64,000 nucleotides of DNA, taken from assembly GCA_964016885.1 (NCBI GenBank), contig OZ024747.1, positions 29,140,001 through 29,204,000 of the forward strand. Reading direction: 5' to 3'. This stretch comes from Eledone cirrhosa. Lineage: Eukaryota. Below the pieces are notes generated by a model that was given only the letters and a program-made list of their open reading frames with translations, was not told the origin of the DNA and did no database searches. Below, one piece after another: positions 14,072 through 26,329 of the stretch (positions are counted from its first letter, which is position 1; each line of letters starts with the position of its first letter). A program made the translations under genes and the position numbers.

Positions 14072-15513
14072 TTATTGATGCATGGACAGTTATATGACCT
14101 CCTTTTCAGCCGAGAGACATACCAATACATATTCAAACATTGATACATATTCAAACATTGTGGGTCAACATTCATTACAGAATTTAGAGTGGCAGTACAC
14201 ACTTCGAGATTACATTTATATTAATAGGTACAATCAAAAATCAAAGATATAGGTTAAAGTACAACATGAAGATAAGTGGTTATATAGTGCAAATGTTATA
14301 TGTGTGGCACGCATGTGCGTCTTGTTTATATAGTGTGGCAGAGAGATATGTGTGGTAGAGGCACTTAGGTAGGTAAATAAGAGTGTTAGGTTGGTAGATC
14401 TGGTGGCAAAGTCTTTATATGATTGATGTAGTCTGTGTGTGGAGAAATATTATAAGCATTAAAGATAGTGCAAGCATTAAAAGTGTTATAAGTATTGGAG
14501 ATGCACAGCGCAGGGATGTCAAGTAATTCATGTACTTCGGCATTTTCATGGTCAAGGGAGTGTATATTTCGATTATATGCCTTTCACATAATCCACGACA
14601 ATCCAGTTAGAGATCGTAGTCTGGTGTTCTTTAGTTCGATACAGGAGGTTGTTACGTTTCGAGAAACGCCATTGAATACCGGAAGAGTGTGTGTGGCTAA
14701 GGGGAGTTAATGCATGCGGGGAGGTAACTCTGGGGTTTCCATATCTAGCCATTAAAATGTGTCCCAATATAGACCCTAAAATTCTATGGTGAGGTGCACC
14801 TTCCAAGAGAGACTTTTAAAGCATAAAGTGTACTAACTATAGAGTAGTTTAACTAAATTATGCTGAAGGTGATCATATTATTATTAAGGTGGATTAACCC
14901 ATCATAAGGTGCTACAAATGGAAATTATAGATGATGAGCGAGGATTCTAAATTAATGATCTCTGTGGTTGTAGTCTGCTCATATGGCCAGGCGCGGTGAT
15001 TGCAGGATTGCTTCAGGACCCAATGATCTCTGGTAAGATCTGGGTCATCACTTGCTACATTGGATGTCGAAAGATAATCGTCCCCAGGCAGGCCAAAGGT
15101 CAATCCGCAGTCCTCGCGACCCCTCTCTGACCGTCAGATCATCCATATACGTACAACCCGCACGGCAGTTGCATTGCATTCACTCACTGCGCTCCGCAGC
15201 CCGGTCCTACTGGTCAACAGCGCTACTCGATTAAATCATTTTACATCTGTCTAAGGAAGGTGTTTCCTCTGCCCAACACCATCCAACCGATCAATTCATG
15301 CTCAAATTACCCTTAGAGCGGTGTAGTGCCGTCCAAGTGGGTGGATGTTGTCACACCTGCCGTAGAGGTATAAATGGGTATTTTCCCTGCGAAGGGTTCC
15401 AGAGGGATGTCGTTGTTTGTGTTATAATGGATCAGCTAGTGTTGGGTATGTAGTATAGGGTGTGTCTCTGGTGTTTGATGCTAGATGTGGTGTTAGGTTC
15501 CAGTCCGACATTG

Positions 15514-17180
15514 CTATATATAGGGCTTAAAGTTTTGGAAGGAATGTCTGAGGCGGTGCTGGCAAGTTGCAAACACCTCAGATTTTTTGTTAAGTAGGTT
15601 ACGGTTGGAGAAGATAATATTGTGTGTCTCTAGTATACAGAGGTTACAGAATTTATTAGGTGGTTTGTACGAGGTCGCGCTGCCTATCACTTCCCATTTG
15701 AGTGTGTATGGTTTATTTTTAGATTTTAGATAGTGTATGTAGCTAGAAAGTGAGGTGGAGTTGGCTAGGCTGTGCTTTTTGAACGAGTGGATGTGCGAGT
15801 TATATCTGATTTTGAAGCAGTTAGAAGTGGAGCCTACATAGGTTTCTGAAGAGTTATTAGTCGTGACTGTGCATGAGTATATGACATCCTTGGTTAGGCA
15901 TTTTTTATCTAAAGGGCAGGTTCTATTAGCTCTACAGTTACAATTATTCTGTGCGTTAGTCCGCTGGTTATAATGCAATGCGGAAGTCTGTGTGGTGGAT
16001 ATAGGATTTTGGGTGTTCGGGTTGACAACCCTGGTGTTATTACTTATACTAGTGTTATTTCTATTGTTACTGCCGTTGCTATTGTTGCTTGCTACAGTGG
16101 TATTTAGAGGGTTTGCATCCCGTTGTGATTTTGTTTGTTGGAAGTAAGAACTAATTTTACTATTATTGCTGCTAGCTATGTGGTATGCTAAGTTAGGCGT
16201 CGTAGAGTAAGAGATTTTAATGGTGTTTTTGTTTAAGAGGTTGTGGTACTTGTGTCCTAGAGGGAAGTTTTTATCTAGTAGTGAGAAGAAAGCCCTAGGT
16301 ATGTTGGTGGAGACATTTAGGTTGAAAGGAGGGTTGAAAAATGTATTATTTCTTCTTCTATTTTTGCTTTTAGTGTTTGGTGTGTTGCTTCCTCCTAAGG
16401 CCTCACAGTAGTTTCCATGGTAATGGTTACTTCCGGTGGCACCCTCCGCTTTGGTGCACTTGTGGTTGCTATTCCTATTATTAGATTTCCTCATGGACAT
16501 GTTGTGCGAGATGATGTTGTAGCTATGTGTTTTCTTAGGTAGGAACTCAATTTCTATATTATGGCCGGAGCTAGCTAATGCTTGATTATAATATTGTGAG
16601 TTTTTGCTAAATATGTTTGCGTCATAGGACAGACTAGAGATTCTATTGGACACCCCCTTAGAGATAGAGTTTAATATTGATCTAGGGTGATTAGACTTGG
16701 TATCTACGTAAATAAGTTTCTCATTAGGCTTATGGAAAGGTGTATATATTTTTGAGTCTAGGTATAGTGTGGCGTCTAGGAAGTTAACATTTTTAGTGTT
16801 TTTGTCCATGGTGATACTAAGGTTAAAGTTTTTGAATGTCTTATGCAGTTGTTTTCTAGTTCTTTCTATATTAAATTTTTTATATTCTATGAGTAGAAGT
16901 GCATCATCGCGGTACAAACCACCGTTGAGGTAAGGGAGGTCTTTATGGATTTCATTGAGGAGGTATAGGCCGACCAAATCAGTGACCTGCGCCGAGTCAC
17001 TAGATCCCATGGTTATGTCGAAGTTGTTGTGCGTATCCTTGCGTGTCCATAGTTGGTCCTCGAAGGTGATTATGGTTTTACGGGCCGCAAGGATGACATC
17101 AACCTGGGCTCTAGTCAGGTCGCTATTGGCCATGGCCATGATAAGTGCCTTATTTAATAGGATAGGGGAAATAGAATAAA
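15514..17180 (-). CDS. PLE reverse transcriptase (C-terminal part) plus GIY-YIG endonuclease, 5'-truncated but open
   Basis: MGS..S, GLYRDD, VNFLD, FHKP, SNHP, FFNPPF, CNCRANRTCPLDKKC, VIY..YVG, CNLC, LLNK..E...CQH. The track start at 17139 is internal; the frame is open to ~17180. Confidence 0.9.
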
Positions 17181-17190
17181 TGAAATAGAA

Positions 17191-18635
17191 TCAATGAAAT
17201 CCATAAAGACCTCCCTTACCTCAACGGTGGTTTGTACCGCGATGATGCACTTCTACTCATAGAATATAAAAAATTTAATATAGAAAGAACTAGAAAACAA
17301 CTGCATAAGACATTCAAAAACTTTAACCTTAGTATCACCATGGACAAAAACACTAAAAATGTTAACTTCCTAGACGCCACACTATACCTAGACTCAAAAA
17401 TATATACACCTTTCCATAAGCCTAATGAGAAACTTATTTACGTAGATACCAAGTCTAATCACCCTAGATCAATATTAAACTCTATCTCTAAGGGGGTGTC
17501 CAATAGAATCTCTAGTCTGTCCTATGACGCAAACATATTTAGCAAAAACTCACAATATTATAATCAAGCATTAGCTAGCTCCGGCCATAATATAGAAATT
17601 GAGTTCCTACCTAAGAAAACACATAGCTACAACATCATCTCGCACAACATGTCCATGAGGAAATCTAATAATAGGAATAGCAACCACAAGTGCACCAAAG
17701 CGGAGGGTGCCACCGGAAGTAACCATTACCATGGAAACTACTGTGAGGCCTTAGGAGGAAGCAACGCACCAAACACTAAAAGCAAAAATAGAAGAAGAAA
17801 TAATACATTTTTCAACCCTCCTTTCAACCTAAATGTCTCCACCAACATACCTAGGGCTTTCTTCTCACTACTAGATAAAAACTTCCCTCTAGGACACAAG
17901 TACCACAACCTCTTAAACAAAAACACCATTAAAATCTCTTACTCTACGACGCCTAACTTAGCATACCACATAGCTAGCAGCAATAATAGTAAAATTAGTT
18001 CTTACTTCCAACAAACAAAATCACAACAGGATGCAAACCCTCTAAATACCACTGTAGCAAGCAACAATAGCAACGGCAGTAACAATAGAAATAACACTAG
18101 TATAAGTAATAACACCAGGGTTGTCAACCCGAACACCCAAAATCCTATATCCACCACACAGACTTCCGCATTGCATTATAACCAGCGGACTAACGCACAG
18201 AATAATTGTAACTGTAGAGCTAATAGAACCTGCCCTTTAGATAAAAAATGCCTAACCAAGGATGTCATATACTCATGCACAGTCACGACTAATAACTCTT
18301 CAGAAACCTATGTAGGCTCCACTTCTAACTGCTTCAAAATCAGATATAACTCGCACATCCACTCGTTCAAAAAGCACAGCCTAGCCAACTCCACCTCACT
18401 TTCTAGCTACATACACTATCTAAAATCTAAAAATAAACCATACACACTCAAATGGGAAGTGATAGGCAGCGCGACCTCGTACAAACCACCTAATAAATTC
18501 TGTAACCTCTGTATACTAGAGACACACAATATTATCTTCTCCAACCGTAACCTACTTAACAAAAAATCTGAGGTGTTTGCAACTTGCCAGCACCGCCTCA
18601 GACATTCCTTCCAAAACTTTAAGCCCTATATATAG
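17191..18635 (+). CDS. Second copy of the PLE RT/GIY-YIG ORF, more 5'-truncated
   Basis: Near-identical to 15514-16958 (T/A and R/Q differences); begins shortly before YRDD, with no native start. Confidence 0.88.
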
Positions 18636-20077
18636 CAATGTCGGACTGGAACCTAACACCACATCTAGCATCAAACACCAGAGACACACCCTATACTACA
18701 TACCCAACACTAGCTGATCCATTATAACACAAACAACGACATCCCTCTGGAACTCTTCGCAGGGAAAATACCCATTTATACCTCTACGGCAGGTGTGACA
18801 ACATCCACCCACTTGGACGGCACTACACCGCTCTAAGGGTAATTTGAGCATGAATTGATCGGTTGGATGGTGTTGGGCAGAGGAAACACCTTCCTTAGAC
18901 AGATGTAAAATGATTTAATCGAGTAGCGCTGTTGACCAGTAGGACCGGGCTGCGGAGCGCAGTGAGTGAATGCAATGCAACTGCCGTGCGGGTTGTACGT
19001 ATATGGATGATCTGACGGTCAGAGAGGGGTCGCGAGGACTGCGGATTGACCTTTGGCCTGCCTGGGGACGATTATCTTTCGACATCCAATGTAGCAAGTG
19101 ATGACCCAGATCTTACCAGAGATCATTGGGTCCTGAAGCAATCCTGCAATCACCGCGCCTGGCCATATGAGCAGACTACAACCACAGAGATCATTAATTT
19201 AGAATCCTCGCTCATCATCTATAATTTCCATTTGTAGCACCTTATGATGGGTTAATCCACCTTAATAATAATATGATCACCTTCAGCATAATTTAGTTAA
19301 ACTACTCTATAGTTGGTACACTTTATGCTTTAAAAGTCTCTCTTGGAAGGTGCACCTCACCATAGAATTTTAGGGTCTATATTGGGACACATTTTAATGG
19401 CTAGATATGGAAACCCCAGAGTTACCTCCCCGCATGCATTAACTCCCCTTAGCCACACACACTCTTCCGGTATTCAATGGCGTTTCTCGAAACGTAACAA
19501 CCTCCTGTATCGAACTAAAGAACACCAGACTACGATCTCTAACTGGATTGTCGTGGATTATGTGAAAGGCATATAATCGAAATATACACTCCCTTGACCA
19601 TGAAAATGCCGAAGTACATGAATTACTTGACATCCCTGCGCTGTGCATCTCCAATACTTATAACACTTTTAATGCTTGCACTATCTTTAATGCTTATAAT
19701 ATTTCTCCACACACAGACTACATCAATCATATAAAGACTTTGCCACCAGATCTACCAACCTAACAATCTTATTTACCTACCTAAGTGCCTCTACCACACA
19801 TATCTCTCTGCCACACTATATAAACAAGACGCACATGCGTGCCACACATATAACATTTGCACTATATAACCACTTATCTTCATGTTGTACTTTAACCTAT
19901 ATCTTTGATTTTTGATTGTACCTATTAATATAAATGTAATCTCGAAGTGTGTACTGCCACTCTAAATTCTGTAATGAATGTTGACCCACAATGTTTGAAT
20001 ATGTATCAATGTTTGAATATGTATTGGTATGTCTCTCGGCTGAAAAGGAGGTCATATAACTGTCCATGCATTAATAA

Positions 20078-20130
20078 ATTGCTCCGAAGAATCCAAACCT
20101 CGGTTTGGAGGAAACAGCTGTAAGCACAAT
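20078..20130 (+). ncRNA. Minimal type I hammerhead ribozyme, CCGA core variant, right arm
   Basis: Mirror of 14019-14071, about 40 nt before the (TA)n tract. Confidence 0.7.
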
Positions 20131-20157
20131 AATGTTTTGAACAGTTCTTTGATTCTT

Positions 20158-20252
<95 letters not shown>

Positions 20253-20464
20253 AGAGAGAGAGAGAGAGACAAAGATAGATAGAAAGGAATATTTCACGAG
20301 CTTGTTGAAGTTATATATATAAATATAATGCCACATAGCCGTTTGCTATTGATAATAATAGCATTTGACATTACTGGTCGATATTTGCAGATAGACAAAC
20401 TCCATACGACAACAGTTATTGGTAAACGTAATGAAATGTGGAATTAGTGTACGTACGCCGCACG

Positions 20465-20544
<80 letters not shown>

Positions 20545-20769
20545 CACATATATATATATATATACGCACACATACACACACATACACTCACGCACACACA
20601 AATGCCAGTACCAAACGGTAAACATATTGAGAAATTGCTGGTTGAAATATAGTAAATTGGGAACTTAGACACACACTGACACGTGAGTGTATCAGATGCA
20701 TTGAAAGGATTGCCATAGGTCTAAGGGCAGTATAGATCATACTATAAAAATTTCCAATATATAATTGTG

Positions 20770-20935
20770 TCTACTTTTGGCACAAGGCCAGCAATTATCT
20801 CTGTGCATTACTGGTGCTTTTTTCTATCGACCCCGTAAGGATGAAAAGCAAAGTTAACCTTGGCTGGATTTGAATTCAGACCGTAAAGGGGCGTGACTCT
20901 ATGCTGCAAAGCATGGTGTCTGACCCTCTACCGAT
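20770..20935 (-). mobile_element. tRNA-derived SINE, degenerate
   Basis: GGCACAAGGCCAGCAATT...ATCGACCCCGTAAGGATGAAAAGCAAAGTTAACCT is the reverse complement of the 24207-24415 family. Confidence 0.6.
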
Positions 20936-21084
20936 ACATATAATATTGTGTTCAGTCTATCTTTCTGAGTGACTATGGGCTCTCATTGGAAGTGTTATGC
21001 AGCAGGTGTTGTTACAGCAGCCAAGGGCATAGGAGGTGTGTCTTTTTAGCTCGTTGTGATCCTCTGTTCTTGTCGTGACCAGAA

Positions 21085-21705
21085 ACACCGGGTGAATTTT
21101 AACCTATGCTGGCAGGCTTTGAGTGCTTCGCTTCTAGTGTTTAGAAAGGCATTTGGCTCTAGAGAGTTCTTCAAAATGAGCTATATTTCTGTGTTGCACA
21201 CCTGCATCTCCTGTTTCCATTGATATAGTGTCTGTTATTTTCCGCTATCCTCCAGTTGATGTTATAGTCTATGGAAGTTTCTTTTAATTTTTAGACATAA
21301 CTTGAAGAGTTTTGTTGCGTTTCTTTTATCCTCGTAGCAGAACAGCGCATTACGATTATTACACCGCTCTTTGAATTAACATGTCGTAAGCCCGACGTAT
21401 CGCTTTAGGTTGGTGGTACAGTCGGGGTTAATTGATTTGACTGTTGCCACATATATCATAGCCTCTCTTTTACAGGCATCGTCGAGAGGGTACGTGACTC
21501 TTTTCATGCATGAGCATCCGGCTACATTAAGTCGTCGGGATTTAGTTGTGACTTTGTTTATAAACCTGGGAGTAGAGCTATAACTAATTTTTAGGTTGTT
21601 TGTTAAATAGTTTTCTATACATATGGCGAGGGGAATAGTGTTTATCTATTAATGCTAGGAGGGTTCTACTGATATTGGTCTTGACGTTCAATGAGAAGGG
21701 CGGTA
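21085..21705 (-). pseudogene. Decayed PLE linker/GIY-YIG remnant (different family)
   Basis: Minus strand PPFSLNVKTNI..., GCSCMKRVTYPLDDACKREAMIYVATV...RYVGLTTC*FK, IDYNINWRI, LNTRSEALKACQHRLKF, with stops and frameshifts. Confidence 0.8.
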
Positions 21706-22297
21706 ATGTTTCAACGCCTACTTTCACTTTTTTAATTTTTGGCTGGGGTTGTATCTACTTTTCTTCTTAAATACGCTTCTCTCTTTGGCATCGCTGCAAT
21801 ATATGATGATGATTGATTCATCTTTTCAGATGATAACTGTCTCAAAATCACCCCAACTCCTCATGTAAATCTGCCCCTCCCACTAGCGACGACTTTTCAA
21901 TCCAGAAACAAAAGGTTAAGTCAAAACCCACACCCCATACACTGACAAAATTCTACATGGCTTTCTGAGGGGATTTCTGAGTTCCCGTGCATTAATGGGT
22001 TGACCTAATTGTGACTAAAGGATCCCATCTAGCCCAGTTTTAAAATAAGAGTGATCCTTCTCCTTGACAGACTACTATCCAAGGCTGACGAGTCCTATGT
22101 ACATGGAGCGACTAGTTTTAAGGTATCAGTATCTCGCCTTTTCCCTTGACAGATCCAAACATCTCCGCCAGGGAAGGCCAAGAGCTGAGTTCCGAGGCAC
22201 ATGTCCGGGAAAGGTGTTTTTGTGGAAGACCAGCAGTCGCTCATGCATATCTGAGTGACTATGGCTAAATACGTAGATAGGATAGTGAGATAGATAC

Positions 22298-22390
<93 letters not shown>

Positions 22391-22489
22391 ATCGATCAAC
22401 TTTCGTCAAATCGGACCGAGGAAACAATGTTTTCGTCGGTCTTTCTAGTTGCTAGTACTATCTATCGGTCGCAACTCCAGGTAGAAGGA

Positions 22490-22611
22490 GCAACGTGAAA
22501 TAAAGTGTCTTGCTCAAGGACATAACGCATCACCCGGTCCAGGAATCGAACTCACAACCTCAAGATTGTGAATCCAATTCTCTAACCACTCAGCCACACA
22601 CCCTCACACAC

Positions 22612-22612
<1 letters not shown>
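22490..22612 (-). mobile_element. tRNA-derived SINE head
   Basis: Minus strand A box TGGCTGAGTGG and B box GTTCGATTCC, followed by CCTTGAGCAAGACACTTTA; similar decayed copies near 8300-8880. Confidence 0.65.
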
Positions 22613-22675
<63 letters not shown>

Positions 22676-22686
22676 CCGTGTACCAA

Positions 22687-23428
22687 TTTATCACGCTATC
22701 TAACGTATGTTAATTATTCTAAGGTGATACAGCCTTATTGAGTGCTTTGGTGCACAAGCCTAATTGTATATCGTTAGCTTTGCCACAGCTAAAACTTCGA
22801 TTTTACTAAACTTCCATTTGTGTTATTATTAATTAATTAATTAATTAATTAATTAAATTAGACAATTCTATTGATTGATTAATTATTTATGTTTGTTTAA
22901 TAACATCTAGTCGAGAGCTTCTTATTCGGTTTGCGGAATGGAATCAATTTTTTTGTTCACACTTTGAATTTGTCCGCCAAAAACCCGGCGGTTATTTCCC
23001 TTGTTGGGGAAAATGCACGTGAAAGTGAAACATTGACTGCTACCATTAGTAGTAGCCTACTGCTATACTTCACACCGGCACAGAACGGAAACCTGTTGAT
23101 AACGCGAGTCCACGGTTCGGCTATAGAATACTACACACTTGCATATTTCGCAAGTAGGATTGTTGATTTTGGATTCATAGAAACCTAGCGGAGGTATTGC
23201 ACAATACTTTCCGAGACGGTCCAGGTTTGTTATCTAACCTGAATGTATTTTCGTTGCTTTGGTATTATGTGGCTAGGCACGCCTACCGCAGTTTTCAATT
23301 TGTCACGCTAACGTATGTTTATTACTCTAAGGTGATACAGCTTTATTGTGTGCTTTGTTGTACAAACCTAATTGTATATCATTAGCTTGGCCATAGCCAA
23401 AACTTCGATTTTAGTAAACTCCCATTTG
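22687..23428. repeat. Diverged ~135-bp direct repeats (22687-22821 and ~23299-23428) between (CA)n tracts
   Basis: Shared TCACGCTA..ACGTATGTT..CTAAGGTGATACAGC..CCTAATTGTATATC..AAAACTTCGATTTTA..CCATTTGT. Confidence 0.75.
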
Positions 23429-23449
23429 TATATATATATATACGCACAT

Positions 23450-23591
<142 letters not shown>

Positions 23592-23594
23592 ACT

Positions 23595-23650
<56 letters not shown>

Positions 23651-24206
23651 TGGGTGTGATGAGAGAGAGAGAGAGAGAGAGAGAATCAATGTGTGTATCT
23701 ATTTAAAAGTTTGCAATAACTTGAAATGCCAGTGAATCAATAAATGTTGATAATCTTTGACCGAAGAATGGCAGCACAGGTCATTGATTGCTCACACTCA
23801 TGGCAACAGTCATTTCAAGGGAATCAAACAGATTGACACTTTCATCATGTTAATCTTTTACCCGCTTTTCTCTCTCTCTTTCGCTCCCTCTGTCTCTCTC
23901 TGTCCTCCTCTCTCTCCCTCTCTCTTTCGCTCTCTCTCTCTGCATTCTTTCATCCACCTACCCATCCATCCTTCATCTCTGTCTCCTCCCACTCATTCTC
24001 TCATTCGTTTCTCTCCCACTCCCACCCCCACCCTCTCTCTTTTATTCACTTCTCACTCCCACTATTACCCCCACTCATCCATTCACTTTCTCACTACAAC
24101 TCACACTGCCACTTCTCTTTCACTCTCAGTACCACTTACACTGCCACCCTCACTCACTTATTCACTTCTCTCTCATCCTCACTATCACTAATTCCCCTAC
24201 AAAAAG

Positions 24207-24415
24207 GGCGGTGGATTGGCAGTATCGGTAGAGGGTCGGATGCCAGGCTTTGCAGCACAGAGTTACAGCCCTTTATGATCTGATTTCAAATCCCGCCGAG
24301 GTTAACTTTGCCTTTCATCATTATGGGGTCGATCAAATAAAGTACCAGTCTCGCACTGGGGTCGATTTAATCGACTTTCCCCTCTCCCCAAATTGCTGGC
24401 CTTGTGCCTATATAA
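24207..24415 (+). mobile_element. tRNA-derived SINE, near full length
   Basis: A box TGGCAGTATCGG, B box GATTTCAAATCC, body TTTGCCTTTCATC..GGGGTCGAT..GTACCAGT..AAATTGCTGGCCTTGTGCC. Confidence 0.7.
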
Positions 24416-24535
24416 GACATCATTATCATAATTTTCTCACTCATGTATTCAGTACTCACCCACTCACTCACATTGCCATTGCTCCGACCCCTAGACAAGT
24501 AAGGGAGTGAGTGAAACCCTTATACGATATTACGA

Positions 24536-24920
24536 AGGCGCATGGCTTAGTATTAAGGGTGATCGGTTATCGATCGTAGGATCGTGAATTCGATTCCCAC
24601 CGACACGCTGTCTACTCATCTGAAAAAAGTGAGTTTTAAGTGTAATTCAAAGAGTTAGCCTTGTTATAAACCACGTCACGCTGAATCAACTTGAGAATTA
24701 CATTAAGGGTACGAAATGTTCTGAAACTTACACTTTAATACAAGGTGAACTTGCCTGTAATTCAAAGATTTAGCCTTGTCACACACTGCATCACGCTGAA
24801 TTTCTACGTTAAGAGTGCACGTGTCTGTGGCATGCTTAGCTACTTGCATGTTAATTTCGTAAGCAGACTGTTCTGTTGAACAAACAACTGGAATATTCGT
24901 CGTCAAAACCGACGGAGGTC
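24536..24920 (+). mobile_element. tRNA-derived SINE with internal duplication
   Basis: A box TGGCTTAGTA, B box TTCGATTCC, duplicated TGTAATTCAAAG..TTAGCCTTGT..TCACGCTGAAT block, tail CGTCGTC..CCGACGGAG. Confidence 0.65.
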
Positions 24921-24964
24921 CGATACATACACTATTCCAAGTCATGCAGCCCATACCTATATTT

Positions 24965-25014
<50 letters not shown>

Positions 25015-25118
25015 CGTTATTCCGGGTTGAATCGGAGGTAACCACAGTAAGTAAGGTACTCAATACATTGCAGAGTATAAAAGTTTTAATATAGATGAGA
25101 TTCTACAGGACTCATCAG

Positions 25119-25168
25119 GATTCCTGATGATTTCTAAAGAATGAAACAGTTCTAGTCCTGTAGAATCT
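25119..25168 (+). ncRNA. Type I hammerhead ribozyme inside a small fold-back PLE end (25016-25177)
   Basis: GATTC-CTGATGA-TTTCTAAAGAAT-GAAA-CAG-TTCTAGTC-CTG-TA-GAATC; its 3' part is repeated inverted at ~25089-25112; (TA)n on both sides. Confidence 0.75.
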
Positions 25169-25182
25169 CATCTATATCTATA

Positions 25183-25248
<66 letters not shown>

Positions 25249-25321
25249 TATATATATAGTGTATTTTGCAATACACTGTATGCTTAATTAAAAGCATTTC
25301 GAAAACCTTATGCTATTGTTT

Positions 25322-25464
25322 TAGAGTAGTGACAGACTCACTTACTTTAATTTTCAGCAAGCAGGGGAGATAAAGCTGACAAGGCCCTGTTTCGCATTTA
25401 TTGATGCTTATCAAAGTCAACTACTCCTCTGAAAATTAAAGTAAGTGAGTCTGTCACTACTCTA
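25322..25464 (-). repeat. 36-bp perfect inverted repeat enclosing a degenerate hammerhead
   Basis: IR 25322-25357 / 25429-25464; minus-strand interior GACT-TTGATAA-GCAT-CAATAA-ATGC-GAAA-CAG-GGCC-TTG-TC-AGCT. Confidence 0.65.
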
Positions 25465-26291
25465 ATTTATATTCATAGAAATCTGGGACTTGTTTCCTTC
25501 TTCCTCTCTTTCTGCTGCTTAAACCATTTTGTTTGTTTACCCTAGCGTCCCCTTTATTTACGTGTCCCAACGACTTTTTTTTAGCCGTTGCTCGCACCAA
25601 CCTGAGGTATATGGCCTTTAATGCGACGAAATGCCTACGACGGTTGGATGGCCACTGATGAGGACAAACTTTTTCATATGTAACCCATTTGCAGCGCCGC
25701 AGCTCCATTATTATCATATTTACACATATATTTTTTCCTCCGCTGCCACCAGTCTGTTTCGTTCTTTGTGTCTTTACCCTTTCTAGCAGTCTCTCTCTGT
25801 TAGCCTCTTCCTCACCTTTCACTCACTCACTCTCTGTCACTACCCCTCCTCCTCCCCTTTCTTCCCGTTTGACCTGTCCACAATCCTTTTCTCGCGGGCA
25901 CTTGGCCAAGCCGGTATGAATTTTTTTTTTTTTCTCTCTCGTCTGCGACTTCATAGAACTTATATTTACCGAATTCGCAGACCAGACCCCTTCTTCCTCC
26001 CGTTAGACCTGTGCGAAATTCCTTCCTTGCTCACATTTCAACCAGGTTTGATGGTCTTTATTCTCTCGTTCACGATTCCACCGAATTTATATTCATAGAA
26101 ATCTGGGACTTGTTTCCTTCTTCCTCTCTTTCTGCTGCTTAAACCATTTTGTTTGTTTACCCTAGCGTCCCCTTTATTTACGTGTCCCAACGACTTTTTT
26201 TTAGCCGTTGCTCGCACCAATCTGAGGTATATGGCCTTTAATGCGACGAAATGCCTACGACGGTTGGATGGCCAGTGATGAGGACAAACCT

Positions 26292-26299
<8 letters not shown>
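25464..26299 (+). repeat. ~216-bp direct repeats (25464-25679, 26084-26299), pseudo-LTR-like, ending in (TA)n
   Basis: Near-identical copies 620 bp apart, no TG..CA ends or PBS; each holds a hammerhead-like fold missing the CUGANGA strand. Confidence 0.7.

Positions 26300-26329
<30 letters not shown>

Larger units (their letters stand above)
13980..20169. mobile_element. Head-to-head palindromic pair of 5'-truncated Penelope-like elements
   Basis: Arms 13980-16958 and 17191-20169 are reverse complements (paired coordinates sum to 34149) with about six substitutions seen; 232-bp asymmetric centre; right end abuts (TA)n. Confidence 0.95.

Noticed and set aside
15514-18635. Selenocysteine-encoding PLE as described for some Naiad elements
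   Set aside because: No in-frame TGA in the visible ORF; zinc-motif cysteines are ordinary codons; no SECIS could be supported.
22080-22260. Hammerhead starting at CTGACGAGTCC
   Set aside because: No correctly placed GAAA, stem III or stem I partner; more likely a decayed LINE/SINE fragment.
24207-24600. tRNA genes
   Set aside because: A and B boxes are present but no cloverleaf; they continue into SINE bodies repeated elsewhere in the window.
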